NCBI RefSeq assembly: GCF_006345805.1 | Contig: NC_043005.1 | Coordinates: 38,068,001-38,132,000, forward strand | From: Octopus sinensis | Taxonomy: Eukaryota | Length of the DNA: 64,000 nt | Direction of reading: 5' to 3' | Shown here: positions 26,903 through 40,727 of the stretch, piece after piece | Layout of the letters: each line of letters opens with the position of its first letter | Numbering within the stretch: position 1 is the first letter of the stretch | The notes under the pieces: model-generated | What the model was told of the DNA's origin: nothing | The model's input: the letters and a program-made list of their open reading frames with translations, nothing else | Databases searched by the model: none | Position numbers and translations under genes: made by a program

Positions 26903-27429
26903 CATTATAATATCTGTACAGTTTTCATTTTATTTTTGTGTAGAAGAGAAATAAAGCTGTATATAAACATATGACACTTGCTGCATCTATATTATTGTCA
27001 TCAATCAAAAAATTTACTATGAATTGTTTATCAATTTCTTGGGACAATTTAATAATAATTACTTCCTATAAAATTGTCTGGAGAAATGCAATGACCACTG
27101 TTTATTCAACTAATCCTCATTCTGTAGATTACTCATAAGCTAGTGTAATGTGATTCAAGTTATGAGTGAAAATCATCTTGAAAATGTATTTCTATGTCTT
27201 CAGAGTTGCATTATGTCTTGGCTTGTATATACAGTTGTAGCAAAACATGTTGAACAGTAACAATCTCAAATATAAATATGTTTTAAAATCTAATATATTA
27301 TTTCAGTTATCTTTTCCAAGATAATTTCTAAAACACACACATAAATACAAGTGTATCTGCACATAAGTATACACGCATACAAATTTAAAACTAATAGTTG
27401 AAATCTACCTAATTTCAGCTTAAGCTACA

Positions 27430-28275
27430 ATTCACTTACATATATCTGTGCTTGTTTGTGTGTGCAAATATATATTTGTGTATACATGTGCATGTATGTA
27501 TGTAGGCATGTATGTATAAATGTGTCTGTGTATATGTGTGTATAAATATATGCATATATATATATTACATGTGTATAAGGCATATATGTACATAGATGCA
27601 TGAGTGTATACACCTATAAATACAAACATATGCATATGAATATACTTACACACACACACAACAAATATATATATATATATATATACACACAGACACACAC
27701 ACATACAGAAATGCACACACACAATCACTCACACGCACATATCCACATACATACACACCATATAATTTCAGGTTTAATGGACTGATGAATTAGTGGAAAA
27801 TGTTTTTATTAACTGTTATGGATAAATTATTAAGTTTTGAAAGCATTTCTATTGTGAACCAGTGAAAATTCAGAGAAAATTTCCATAAAATACATATAAA
27901 ATGAGAAGAAATTTACATTTGAACATATCTGTACAACATAAGGGTTTAATGTGTCTGAACAACATCTCACTACTACTGTTTCCTTGTTTGCAGAGATATT
28001 TTGCCTGTGTACTTTCCAAAGTCTGACCTAACTGTTGTTTTCCCAACTCTCCCTCAATTTACCTCTGCTCTCTAAAATCTTTTATGTTTTTATTTACTCT
28101 ATATTTCAATATACTTTTTGATTATTGTTATTATCACATGCAACATATCACAACATATCACATGCACATATGCACATATACAAGAGTGTGCATATATATA
28201 TATATATAATATATATATATATATACGTGGAGTTAAATGATATATATATGTATACATATATATACATATATATAA

Positions 28276-28372
<97 letters not shown>

Positions 28373-28645
28373 CACAGACATATATATACACATGCACACA
28401 CATATATACACACACACACATATATATACACATGCATATATATATACACACACATACACACACGCACATTCATTTAAATGTTCAAGCACATATACATACA
28501 TATATGTGTGAGCATGTAATTATGTGATGTATGTATGTATACATGCATGTGTGTATGTATGTATGTATGTATGTATATGTATGTATGTATGTATGTATGC
28601 ATGTATGTATGTATGTATGTATGTATGTATGTATGTATATGCATA
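27430..28645. repeat. Compound TA/TG/CA/TATG microsatellite tracts
   Basis: Direct reading; source of many spurious Y/I/H/T ORFs. Confidence 0.85.
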
Positions 28646-28770
28646 TATGAGGTCTGATCAGAAAGGATCTGGACTGTTGCCATGGTAATAAAGCTAAAGT
28701 ACACAGGGTGAAACTGCTTGCCACAGATTGACCTTGAGCTCTGTCACACATGCACAGTACATTACGACTT
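28646..28770 (+). mobile_element. Solitary mariner terminal fragment
   Basis: tatgaggtctgatcagaaaggatctggactg resembles the TIR at 57350. Confidence 0.55.
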
Positions 28771-28989
28771 CATCATGATCATTATCATCATTTAGCATCC
28801 ATTTCCATGCTTGTATTTGTTAAATGTTTTGACTGGAACTGATAAACTGGAGTGCTGTACCAGGCTCTAGTGTGGTTTGGCTTGGTTTCAACAGCCGGAT
28901 GTCTTTCTTAATACCAGACATATGTAAGTATACATACACACACACACACACCCATACAAGTTGTCTGCTGGCATGGAGAGGTGGGGACA

Positions 28990-31080
28990 AATTATTGCTT
29001 CATACATCTAAAAGCTCAGGTCACAACATACACTGTTTCTATCTTTGAAATATGCAGAGCTTGCACATACTGCTTCCGGAAATAGCAACACACAAAGGTA
29101 ATACAGACACCAGCAGTCTTTTGTGGATATAGTGCAAAGGAGCATGAAACTGCTGATCTAGCTACAAAATCCAAAAAACATAAAATCAATAAAAAGCACG
29201 TACCAACTTTCAAGACTATTGCAAATAGCAAAAGATCCAGGACAGTCACCCCTGATGTCTCCACAAATATCAGACAAGTGGCCACTTTAAACATCCCATA
29301 TGCCATACCAGTGCTATTACTGAAAGCCAGAGTCCTTATAACAACCCACCATCACAAAATCGCATACCTGAGTTACACCTAATCAAGCAAAGTGCATACC
29401 ACAAAGAGAAATGCATCTGACAGCTGACAGAACAGATGCTGAAATACACACACCAAACCATTTTGTATTTCAAACTGACAAGAGAGAAATATCTTGTGGT
29501 GAAGCTGCAATGTACATTCAGGAAGTTGTTATACTCAGACTCAGTCTGTGACACACTGATAGCATATATTAAACAAATTAAAATGGTAATTCATGCTACA
29601 TATCACCAACCAGATGGGGACTCATTTCAAAGAGAGCCTAAAAAAGATGGAAGTAGTGTTAACTAAACTAAAAGACAGCCTTCACATACATTTTCAAGAA
29701 CACTTCAACTTTTCTACTGTTAAGTGGCCTGAGAGACATCTCTTCTCAGGGATGTCACTGCATGAACAGAGGCATGCTTTTTGCATGGCTTTACAAATAT
29801 GCTTTTTATGGTTCCACCAAACCAAGGGTTAAAATGTCCTAGACCTCTTTCTACTTCGCAAATAATATGGTACTCATCCATAATGTTAAAGTAAAACCAA
29901 CAGTTTTCTCAAACCATGACTTAGTGGAGTTAACAATGCAAGGTCTGAGAAAAACTGCAGACATATAGTTTACCAGAAGTACCCAACACTTTTTCAGCTT
30001 GAACTTTCAAAATGCTAATTGGAACAGTATTCAGAAAGGGGTCCTGCAACAAAACTGATCTATTAGTCTTTCTATATTATATCAGGCATTTGGGAACCCT
30101 CTATACTAAAGGTAAGAATTCCATACCTTTTGGAAAGAGTTACCTTGAGCCAAGAAAATTCATAGATCTTGAATGGCATTAAGCTACAGCACTTTATGAT
30201 AATCATGCATGATGTATGCATTAAGTTTACTCCAGAGAGAATGTCAAACTGACCCAAAAGCATATTTCCCAGAGATAGGAAAATTCTATCAAGCTGACAA
30301 GCGTCTCAAATTGTCTAAATGGGCCACTAAAAGATAGAGAGGAAACCTATCTCAAATGAGCACTGCTTCAGATTAAAAATGAATTCAAGCACTCCCATGA
30401 AAAGGGGAGAACAAAAAAAGAAGCCTGGGCTGTAAAAATATGTAAAGCAAATCCTAAAGCTTTCTATATTTGCAAAGTGTCTGCTTTTGTTCAGTACAAG
30501 ATAGAGCTGCTACTCAAAGAAAATGACTCACTCACTTCAGAAGCCAAAGGATAAGTGAAATATTGAATATGTAATACAAAAGTGTTTTCTCATCTCCAGT
30601 GGGACACTTGCAAACAAATATATCAAATGAGTTCTTTGACACGAGAGCTCTACACAAAGGGACAACAGTTGTTGGTGATACTGAGATAGAGGAAACTGAT
30701 TTAATATCAACTATTGATGAAACGAACTTAAATTCAGCCACTGATCCTGATGGATTCCCAGCAAACCTCCTAAAAAATGAAAAGGTGCTTTAGCAAGACT
30801 GCTGTAGATTCTGCTCTAAAGCTTCCTTCTAAATGGTAGACTTCCCAGCAAGTTAAAGCAGGGCAAAGTATTCCCAATCCATACAGGAGAAAGCATAGCA
30901 GATGCTAAAATTTATAGGGTTGTTTCTCTAACCTTACATATCACCAAAGTCATGGAACACATTGTCAAGAAGGAATTGATCACATTCCTAGAAGATAACG
31001 ACTTGCTCCTTGACACTCAGCATGGCTTCTGCTCAAAAAGACGCTGTTTCACACAGCTTCTGTGACATTATGACTGGATG
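28990..31080 (+). pseudogene. Decayed CR1/L2-like LINE ORF2 (AP endonuclease to start of RT)
   Basis: Frame-broken motifs HLTADRTDAEIHTPNHFVFQTDK, HFNFSTVKW, VLDLF, SNHDLV, NPKAFY, SATDPDGFPANLLK and LPSKLKQGKVFPIHTG...IYRVVSLT...TQHGFCSKRRCFTQLL*. Confidence 0.85.
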
Positions 31081-31229
31081 TGAATTGTGTCATTGTGCTG
31101 TTTTTCTCACAGACGGTGCCCAACTGACCCTACTATACTGTGTAGTTGACAAAATCAAAACAAACAATGTGCATGCACAAAATCAAAAATATAAAATGAC
31201 AATTTACTCATTACACCCTATATATACAA

Positions 31230-31625
31230 CTTTATTCTTATACTTGTTTCAATCATTTGACTCAGGCCATGAACAAATCAATCTCAGCACTTACTTTTTC
31301 AAAGCCTAGTACTTGTTCAACCAGTCTCTTTTGCTGAACCACTAATTCACAGGGATGTAAATACACCAACACCGGTTGTCAAGCAGTGATGGGGAGACAA
31401 ATACAGACACAAAGTCACACATGCACGCACACATAGATATATGCATTTATATATACATACAGTGGGCTTCTTACAGGTTTTGTCTACTAAATCCACTCAC
31501 AAGATTTTTGGTCAACCCAAAGCTATAGTAGAAGGAACTTGCCCAAGGTGCCATGCAGTGGAATTGAACCCAGAACCATGTTGTTGGAAAGCAAGCTTCT
31601 TACCACACAGCAAAGCCTATGCTTA
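31230..31625 (-). mobile_element. CORE-type SINE
   Basis: Same family as 7011-7430. Confidence 0.8.
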
Positions 31626-33044
31626 TATATATATATATATATACATATAAAGTGAGATAGCTATGTACATGTTTCTTTCTAACCATTTACATGTTTCTTC
31701 TAAACATTTCGCATTCCCTGCATTCTCTAACATTCTGCAACTCAATTCACACACATTCATCATAGAACCTACTCTTCACTTGAAGTGGAAATTCCCTTGT
31801 TGCCAGCAAAGTTAATAACTCCCTAAACTTATGGTATATGATTTGAGGAAGATTCGGCTCCTATTTATTGCATGCTGATTATCCAGATAGAGGCTTTCCT
31901 GCTATTGCCAAGGGACATGTAATCTCTCTTCAATGTTCTTTTGATATCGTTGTTGTTTTTGATGTTGCTAATGATTTTTCTCCAATCAAAACTGGTTTTG
32001 TATTTGTTGTTAGAGTAACAATACTGTTGTTTGCCAATTTGATGTTAGTGTTGAGGCTGATGGAAATAATTTCAACCTCACATGATAGAATGGTGTGCTA
32101 TGAAGGAGGTAACCTCATAGAAAGTTCTGTTACTTTATCATTGTTGGGAGCATTATGCTTTAAACTAAATGCAATGGTGGCTTGTTATATACCTTCATCC
32201 TGGTGATTTATTCTGGCCATTAACTAGGTTACTTTCATTTCCTCTATTACTGACATGAAAGGTTACACCATTAATGAAGGTAAAAGTTAAGATAACATTT
32301 TCTTTGTGTTTTTATATTTCTTGTATGTTTATTGCTGTTGGTTATCTGGATTATATATTTAGCACAGATGGATTAGGGCTATAATAGTTCCAGGTTCAAA
32401 TGCCAAAGCTGTGTATCAGCTAGCTAATGGCAATATAGTCTCATTTGTTAAGTAGAAACACTATTGTAACATTCATATTTTCCCTTTGTTTCCAGAATTT
32501 ATTCCTTGATGTTTGATTATATACAAGTTTTCAATTATTTTCTAAATGATACTTATGTCCAGTGCTTTACTCATAAAGGAATCATTAAATATACTATTTA
32601 CACACTGAAATCAGTATAATCAATACAAGCTGTGTCAATCCAATTCACCTCTAAATGCTTCTCCTCTCCATCTTCATATCTACATATCAACTTTTCTCTT
32701 TAACATTCTATGTTATGTACATATCTAATTCCCTCCTAGACATTCATTCTCTTCATTTTACACCTACACAATGTTTCTCCTTCTCAATGTACAGCTTCGT
32801 ACTGTTTCTCCATTTCCATTCTATAAACAATTCTGATCTAGGACCCATCTATGCGCTCTTATTTCAGTTAATACTTGCAGGATTTATGTGTTCCTTCAAC
32901 TGAAAGATTTTAATTGCAATGCTATAATTCTTCAAACAACTACATCATGCCACTATCAAATTAGTTTAGAGCCTTCATTACCAGATCTCTCTCTTTCTCT
33001 CTCTCATCATGCTCAAACTTCATTTAATGTCTTCATTTAACTCA

Positions 33045-33350
33045 CACATCATTTAATGTCTGTTTTCCATGCTGGCATGGGTTAGATGGTTTGACCAGAG
33101 ATAGTAAGCCAGAGAGTTACACCGGGATCCAGTCATTGTTTTTCCTTGGTTTCTATGGTTAGTTGCCCTTTCTATACTTTATGGAGTGTACTGAGTGTCT
33201 CTTACATGTCACCAGCATGGGTGGCCTTTTACTTGTCACTGGCATGAGTGCTCTTTTACGTGCCACTGACAGAGGTCCCTTTTACATGTCACCAGCATGG
33301 GTGCCTTTACCATGTCATGGGCATGGCTGCTTTTACATGTCACCATAAGT
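33045..33350 (-). mobile_element. RTE-type tail with about 26-bp tandem repeats
   Basis: The unit ttttacatgtcaccagcatgggtgcc is repeated about 6 times at 33195-33345. Confidence 0.65.
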
Positions 33351-34097
33351 ATCAATAACAGCATCTGTATCAAAACATCCTTGGAGATAGTTCAGACTTC
33401 CACAAGAAAGCTTCTAGCTGATACACAATTTGCCAGAAAAAGTAGCCAAATCTCTCTCAAATCACAGTATAGCATCTAAGACAAAGTTCATGTAGCTTTT
33501 ACTTTTACTGACAAGAAGGGGATTCTTGCACCAAGGGATGAGTAGACTGTAGCAGTGCATATGTACAAACTGCTACATGGTATGGAAGTGAGATGTGAAC
33601 ACTAAATGCAGGTTCATTAATTGTATCTGTTGGCTGAAAGTATAAATCTACAATCTGAGGTTGTTTAAGAGAGTTTTCTAACAAAAATATCCCAATATTC
33701 AAACAATATATTGATAACCATGTTTGGAAAAGGAGAAAACAAATTCACACCTCATCTGACATTTGTAAACTATGTAAAAACAGAAATGGTATTTTTTGTA
33801 ACTTATTTTTATCAACTGAGTTTCCTTTCTAATACTTAAATGTAAAAATGGGATGTGCCAAACTTAATTTCATTCTTCAGCTTGAAATTTAATTCCTCGT
33901 CTCTTGAGGGGGAAAAGCTCTGGAGGGAAGGCTAAATAATATGTTATGTACCATGAGCAGAGGCTGTCAGATACTATGCTGAGGGCTCTGCTTAAAAAAA
34001 AGTTTACCTGAGGCAACAAAACTTTTGAGTCCTTGTAGCAAAGAATGTTAAGTGCTGCTATTTAGCTCCTCTATTCTACATACAGATAAAACATGAA

Positions 34098-34132
<35 letters not shown>

Positions 34133-34284
34133 ACTCACACATACACACATACACACACAAATTTAAATGTAATTATGTTTTATTATTACATCTGGCTTAT
34201 GTTTGTTGCACATTTGTATCTGTATATCAATCTCTCTCTCTCTTTCTCTCTTTCACTCTCTCTCTCTCTCTCTATCTGTATATA

Positions 34285-34704
34285 TACTCTTTTACCCTCT
34301 TTTACTCGTTTCAGTCATTTGACTGCGGCCATGCTGGAGCACCGCCTGTAGTCGAGCAAATCGACCCCGGAACTTATTCTTTGTAAGCCCAGTACTTATT
34401 CTAGCGGTCACTTTTGCCGAACCGCTAAGTGACGGGGACGTAAACACACCAGCATCGGTTGCCAAGCAATGCTAGGGGGACAAACACAGACACACAAGCA
34501 TATACACATACATACACATATATATACATATAATATATACGACAGGCTTCTTTCAGTTTCTGTCTACCAAATCCACTCACAAGGTATTGGTCGGCCCGAG
34601 GCTATAGCAGAAGACACTTGCCCAAGATGCCACGCAGTGGGACTGAACCCGGAACCATGTGGTTGGTAAGCAAGCTACTTACCACACATCCACTCCTGCG
34701 CCTA
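34285..34704 (-). mobile_element. Young full-length CORE-type SINE (second truncated copy at about 34740-34920)
   Basis: Retains CpGs (gactgcggccatgctggagcaccgcc...ccgaaccgctaag); highly similar to 7011-7430. Confidence 0.88.
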
Positions 34705-36924
34705 TATATATATGTGTGTGTGTGTGTCTGTGTGTAATGACAGGCTTCTTCCAGTTTTCGTTTACAAAATCTACTCACAAGTTCTTTGGCTGGCTTAGAG
34801 CTCTTTGGACTAGAGTAGAAGACATTTACCTGACATGCTGTGCCCTGGGATTGAACCTGCTACCACATGGCTGGGAAGTTAGTAAAGCAAACTTCTCAAC
34901 CTCACAACTATGGCTGCACATAGTGGTATTTATATGATCTCATTAGGTTGTGTAGCATACATAACTGATACAAAAATAATTTATTTAAATTTAGATACAA
35001 ATTCACACAAAACTCACTGAAGTACTTAAGCATCGACAATTACATACATGATTACAGTCAGATATTTCAACTCACTTCAACTCCAAAACATTTCACAATT
35101 CATTTAAGTAAAAGTGATTCTTTATCAAAAGCAATATTTTCATTTTAGTTTCCAGGAAACAACAGAGTATTTTTTAACTTTATCGATGGAAAGCTCATAA
35201 ATGCTTTTCTATGTTCACCATCTTAATAGAAAGCTCCAGAATCTTCTTTACAGAACATAAGGGAAAATTTCATTTCACTTTTTTTATGAGGTGTTCTCAA
35301 GTGTTTTTCATATTAACACACTTTTCCTTTTCTCTGACCATGAGTGGGTGAATGTTGGCATGTATGCTTACTTACCGTTTCTGACAGAATCAGTCCAAGA
35401 CATTCATCTTCCTCAGACTCCAGCACATTGTTTCTCATGGGAGCAGACGTAGGAGATCATGTGACATTGAGGGCATTGAAAGTGACCCTGAACAACTGCT
35501 GAAGGGAGTTGATGATGATATCATGTGTGACTGTGTCTGCATATGAAGAGTACTTTCACTGAGGCCAGTGTTATTTGTGGGCAAATATCTCAAGTTAGAT
35601 TCACACTTATGTCTAAATAATTTACTGTTTGGGCAGTCCCTATATGTGTGTGTGTGTGTGTGTGTGCACATGTGCGTCTGTGTGTATGTGTACATGTGTG
35701 TCTTCTGAAATAAACATCAGAGATGTTTTGACCCAAGTTAAAACTGCAGGAGTTAGGAACTGTTCAGAATATTTGCAAGCTATTCTTTTGAATACATTGC
35801 AATGTTAAAGCCCCTTCCATATATCAGGGTCAGAAGCATTTTGCTCTTTTAGCCCATGGTGAGGACAACTCTTTTCACCTACAGAAGGGTTCTATCCGAA
35901 GTTTTTTATTAATCACTTTGAGTTGGTTATAGCAGCCATGCTTATCTCCTTGAAAGCATTCTTAATCTGGGATCCAGACCAAGCTTTGGCAAGAAATTAC
36001 ACACCAGTCTAGCTGGAAAGTCACAGAAGTTGGCTCCAAAAAAGGAATGAGATCTCACACCATCCCTTGACAAGAGCTTTATTGGCTGACGCATACATAT
36101 ATTTGAATATATGAATAATTTAATGAATGCAAATGGTATACATAAGCTTCTTCACCTTTCATGCTTGAGTAGTGCAGTAGCCAAATAGGCCCATATAGCA
36201 TACAGTGCATGATCCAACAATTTTTCAGGCTCATATAACATTTCAGTTATTTGTGACTGAACTCTTGCTGGATCATGCACTATACACTGGGTAAGCTTAT
36301 CTGATTGCTGCACTATCCAAACATGAAACTTGAAGTAGCTCACATATAACCCTTTGTTTTCATTAAACAATATTTAGCTCTCACTGAAATGACTGCTTTT
36401 TTGCTGATTATATTAACATGTAATCAGTACACACACACACATGGAGAGAAGTTGTGGAACAGGATGAAGAAGAAGATGAAGAAGAATGTTTTGTATTAAC
36501 TTACATAGTTTGTAAATGACATAAGTGACCACAAATACCACTTAAATGAGGACGAACAAATATCCTCTTTAAATATCATGTCACATCATACTCCTAACAA
36601 TTTTACAGGTGCTTGCTTCTTTTTTTTTTCAATTTCTTTCTTTTACATCATTACCATCAGTTAATGTCCTCTTTTCCATACCTGCATATGTCAGATGAAA
36701 TTAGTTGAGGCACTTTTGCTACAGCTGGATGCATTTCCTGTCAAAAACCTTCACCTGTTCCCAATCAAAGCAATATTTCCTGTGGGCAGACATGTTTTTC
36801 TCAGAAGACTGGAAATGAACAACACCACCTGTATGACGGTGATGCTCATTTACAATAATCAAGTGCTGTGAAAACAAGGGAACACACACATACACATGCA
36901 CATATATGAATACTCAGGCATAAA

Positions 36925-36974
<50 letters not shown>

Positions 36975-37129
36975 GCATGGCTGTGTGGTAAGATACTTGC
37001 TTCCCAACCCCAAGTTTCCAGGTTCAGTTTCACTGCATGGGACCTTGGACAAATGGCTTCTACTATAGCCTCAGGCCAACCAAAGCCTTGGAAGTGGATT
37101 TAATAGATGGAAACTGAAAGAAACCTGTC

Positions 37130-37163
<34 letters not shown>

Positions 37164-37412
37164 GAAATAAGGAAACGGAGAGGACATAAAATCGACGGAC
37201 ATCAGCCAGGTACTATCCCTTAGTAGGTTTCTCAGCCCCTAACTCACACAGAAATATATATATATATATATGTAACTTAGTGTTTCTTCAAAAAAGACAT
37301 AGAATATCTACCGGGCTTACAAAGAATAAGTCCTGGGGTCAACTTCTTTGACTAAAAAACCCTTTAAGATGGTACTCCAGCATGGCTGAAATAAGTAAAA
37401 GAATAAAAGAAT
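36975..37412 (+). mobile_element. CORE-type SINE interrupted by (TA)n and a foreign segment of about 110 bp
   Basis: Head and core at 36975-37130, foreign block at 37160-37255, tail at 37300-37412. Confidence 0.7.
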
Positions 37413-37563
37413 ATATGTATATGTCTGTGTGTGTGTGTTTTAGTATATGTGTTTGTACCTCCATCACTGCTTGTCAACTGGTGTTGGTATGTTTACATCA
37501 ATGAAACTTAACAGTTTGGCAAAAGAAACCAATAGAATAAGAATTAAGTATAGAAATATAGAT

Positions 37564-37611
<48 letters not shown>

Positions 37612-38576
37612 GTCAGTAGATAGGTAGGTAGGTTGGTATGCTGATCCATTTCAGCTTTTCCCTACCAAAAGATTTGTGCAACATTTTGGTAGAAGACACT
37701 TGCCCAAGGTGCCATAGAGTGAGACTGAACCTAAGACTATGTAGATGAGAAGCAAGCTTCTTAACCACACAGTTACCTTCATGAAAAACATTACAGCTGC
37801 AGTAAAAAAAAAATCAAACAAAACATAAGTGGAAAATGGTGGATTAGAAGTAGATTCCTCAACATTAATGTTGAGTTTCTTTTATATAGAAACCAACTAA
37901 GCCATAATTTTTACTGTATTTAAGATTCATATTCAAGATTCATAAATTTTCAACTTCAGAAAGTTATCCTGACAACAATTTATAAAGATAATGAAAACTG
38001 TGTTGATTGAGAGAGTAAATGTTTTCTTTTCCTTTTTTTTTGTGCACTTGTTTTTTTAGTGTTTTTCTTTTTTCTTTTAAATCTCTTTTTTTTTCCTGCT
38101 TTATGCCGGCTTCATTCATGATGACGTTTCTTAGTTATTTTTCAAGGAGCTATTTTTTTTGAGCTTAGATCAAATGTGTGATCAAGTACACACATACACA
38201 TATGCAGACACACAAACTCATACATATAAATACCTACATATATATATATATGCATATATATATGTGTGTGTGTGTGTACATGCAAGTAAATGCATGCATG
38301 GTATGCACTCTTGCAAAAACTGACAAGTTGAAGGAGATCTTAGAAAACTAAAAGAATGAAGAACATTTGACCAGAAGTAAATTGTTCATTGAGAGAAAAT
38401 ATATTTTAATTAATAAATTATCTTGTGCACAGGGAACAGAGAAAATCAAAACAATGATATATCCATTCTTAATACATTACGCTAGATTTGAATCCCTGCT
38501 ATTTTATCTGCGAAGAACAATTTGTTTCAGGCAATCCGTGTTCACAACACACTCAGTCCATTGAGGAAAAGGCACA

Positions 38577-38621
38577 CTGAGACACTGTAGTGTTTCAACC
38601 ACATTGTGTCTCCTCAGTCAA
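38577..38621 (-). ncRNA. Minimal type-I hammerhead ribozyme motif, intact core
   Basis: Minus strand TTGA-CTGAGGA-GACAC AAT GTGGTT-GAAA-CAC TACA GTG-TC-TCAG. The core, stem II (G-U pair and one bulge), stem III and GUC site are present; stem I is only 3-4 bp. Confidence 0.65.
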
Positions 38622-39846
38622 AGCTACCTGCAGATTAATGAATCTTAACAAGAATTTTGTCTCTAGTCTATAGAAATAAATGAAAAATTTTTTGCTGATG
38701 TATGCCAAATCAAAAATAAATTGCCATGTGCATGCAGAACAGTAAGAATCAAAATAATGTCATACATGTTTATTCTTAATATGTTCCAGCAGATTAAAAC
38801 AATTACAGACTAATCATGGTTGTATTTTATCTTCAGCGAATAATGTTTCTTTTCAGATGATATGTATATATTTTAATTAGTCCAGTATTTGATCGAAGCT
38901 ATCCTCACTGGCTATCATATTTCAGAGTACAGTAACATATTTGAGCAGTTCACTGTGATTATATTCCAAAACGTGCTACGTTTAATTATCTTTCAAAACA
39001 TGAAAAGATATTTTGTGAGTGAGAAGCTTTACTTTTGGCTATATTTCATCAATAATTTTCCCCCCATAAACCCAATCTCAATGACTTTATGATAATATTT
39101 GAATATTTCTTTTCATCTTTTAGTCAAGTAAGAAAGAAAATAGTACCAATAACCCTTTACAGGACCTTTTGAGATTAATAGGAGGGAGAGAGTAAGTTAT
39201 CCTGAAACCAAAGACCTGTCCCAAATGATAGCAACAGAATAGACCCCCACTATAAGCACCTGAGATAGCAGGTTGGTAGTGTTGAACTACACGACAGGTT
39301 AAGTCAACCATTCATGTAAGCCATGGTAGGATTTGAACTTAGGCTGCAATGAAGCCAAACAAATACTGCAAGGCATTCAGTTCTACAATACCTTTCTTTT
39401 TTGTATTGAACCTGAAAAAATAGAAGGCAAAGTTGACCTTGGCAAGATTTAAATTCAGAGTTTTACATGTCAGAACAGATACTGTAAGGCATTTTATTCA
39501 ATGCTCTAAATAACTCTACCAATTCATCACCTAAAAATATCAGCTTCATCAGAAGAGGAAGAGTAGACCCACAACCCCATGATTCCCTTCAAGATCTTTG
39601 AAACTGTTGGAAGAAAGGGAGGAAGTTGTCCTTAAATTTAAGACTTTGCTGAATGTTTGTATGTCCTAAGATTGAAAACCTTACATGAATACATGTATGC
39701 CCTTAATTGTAAGACCTTGCCTGAGTACTTGTATGTCTACCAACCAAAAACAGTAACAGTCCCTTTGTTCAATTTCATCACAGCTTCAGTTTTCTAAATT
39801 TCAAGGCTTTGGCTAACTCAATGGCAATATTAGAAACCACCAAAAT

Positions 39847-40727
39847 CGCTATGTATGAGAGTTAAACTGAGAGCTTTGTAGTTGTGTGGCAAACTTCTTG
39901 ACCATGAAGCTATGTCCCTTTCTATAATTAGATATTCTGTTTCAGTATTCACTCATCTCTAATGAAATCCTCTTCTTAGAAAACTCAAAGAGGAATGTAT
40001 GAGAGCATGTGTGAGAGCATGGAATGTGCCTAGTCTACTCTCAGGTGATTATGGCAGCTGAATAATATCAGTGATAAAGTGATGAGTGTAGGAATAAGTT
40101 GTGGGATAATCTTGATGGGGCAATGAGAATGGAGGTGGACAGAGCTTCACACGTACAAGATAGTTTTATGATATCAATTCTGTTGTGGTGGGTGAGTTTT
40201 CTCAAGCACAGCAAGCTGAAAGTACAGAAAGCAAAAGAACCAGAACAACCATTCCAAAAAGTGACCTACTCTTTCATACTTTAACCTTTCAATAGCTTGC
40301 ATACATCCACCTCCCTCACTAATATAGCCTCCCTCAGTCAATGGAAGCTTTTATATTCTTGCATATTACATAGCAGACTTACTAGTGTTGGTGCCATGAA
40401 AAATAGTATTCAGTACAACTCTATCCCACCTCCATTCCCATTGCCCCATCAAGCTTACCCCACAACTTATTTCTACACTCATCACTTTATCTCTGATATT
40501 ATTCAGTTATCATAATCACCTGAGAGCAGAATAGGAACATTCTATGCACTCACACCTGATTTCATACCTTCCTCTTTCCTCTTTGAGTTTTTCAAGAAGA
40601 CGATTTATTTCATTAGAGACGAGTAAATACTGAATCAAAATATTTAATTATAGAAGCAGACGTAGCCTTGTGGTCAAGAGGCTTGCCTCACAACTACATA
40701 GCTCTCAGTTCAATTCTAATGCACAGC
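39847..40727. repeat. Old inverted duplication, arms about 39847-40138 and 40426-40727
   Basis: About 300-bp arms that align throughout with scattered mismatches. They include a SINE head plus unique-looking sequence. Confidence 0.8.

Noticed and set aside
16080-28230. Recurrent single-base phase shift in the middle of (TA)n tracts (...atatatTtatata...)
   Set aside because: Most simply explained by slippage or consensus/assembly error in long TA runs.
28099-28511. Overlapping ORFs of more than 100 aa (also near 19.7, 53.2 and 63.0 kb)
   Set aside because: Translations of TA/CA microsatellites (YI/HT repeats).
35700-36370. GC-richer block with a 72-aa minus ORF
   Set aside because: No recognisable motif; probably a decayed transposon that I cannot assign.
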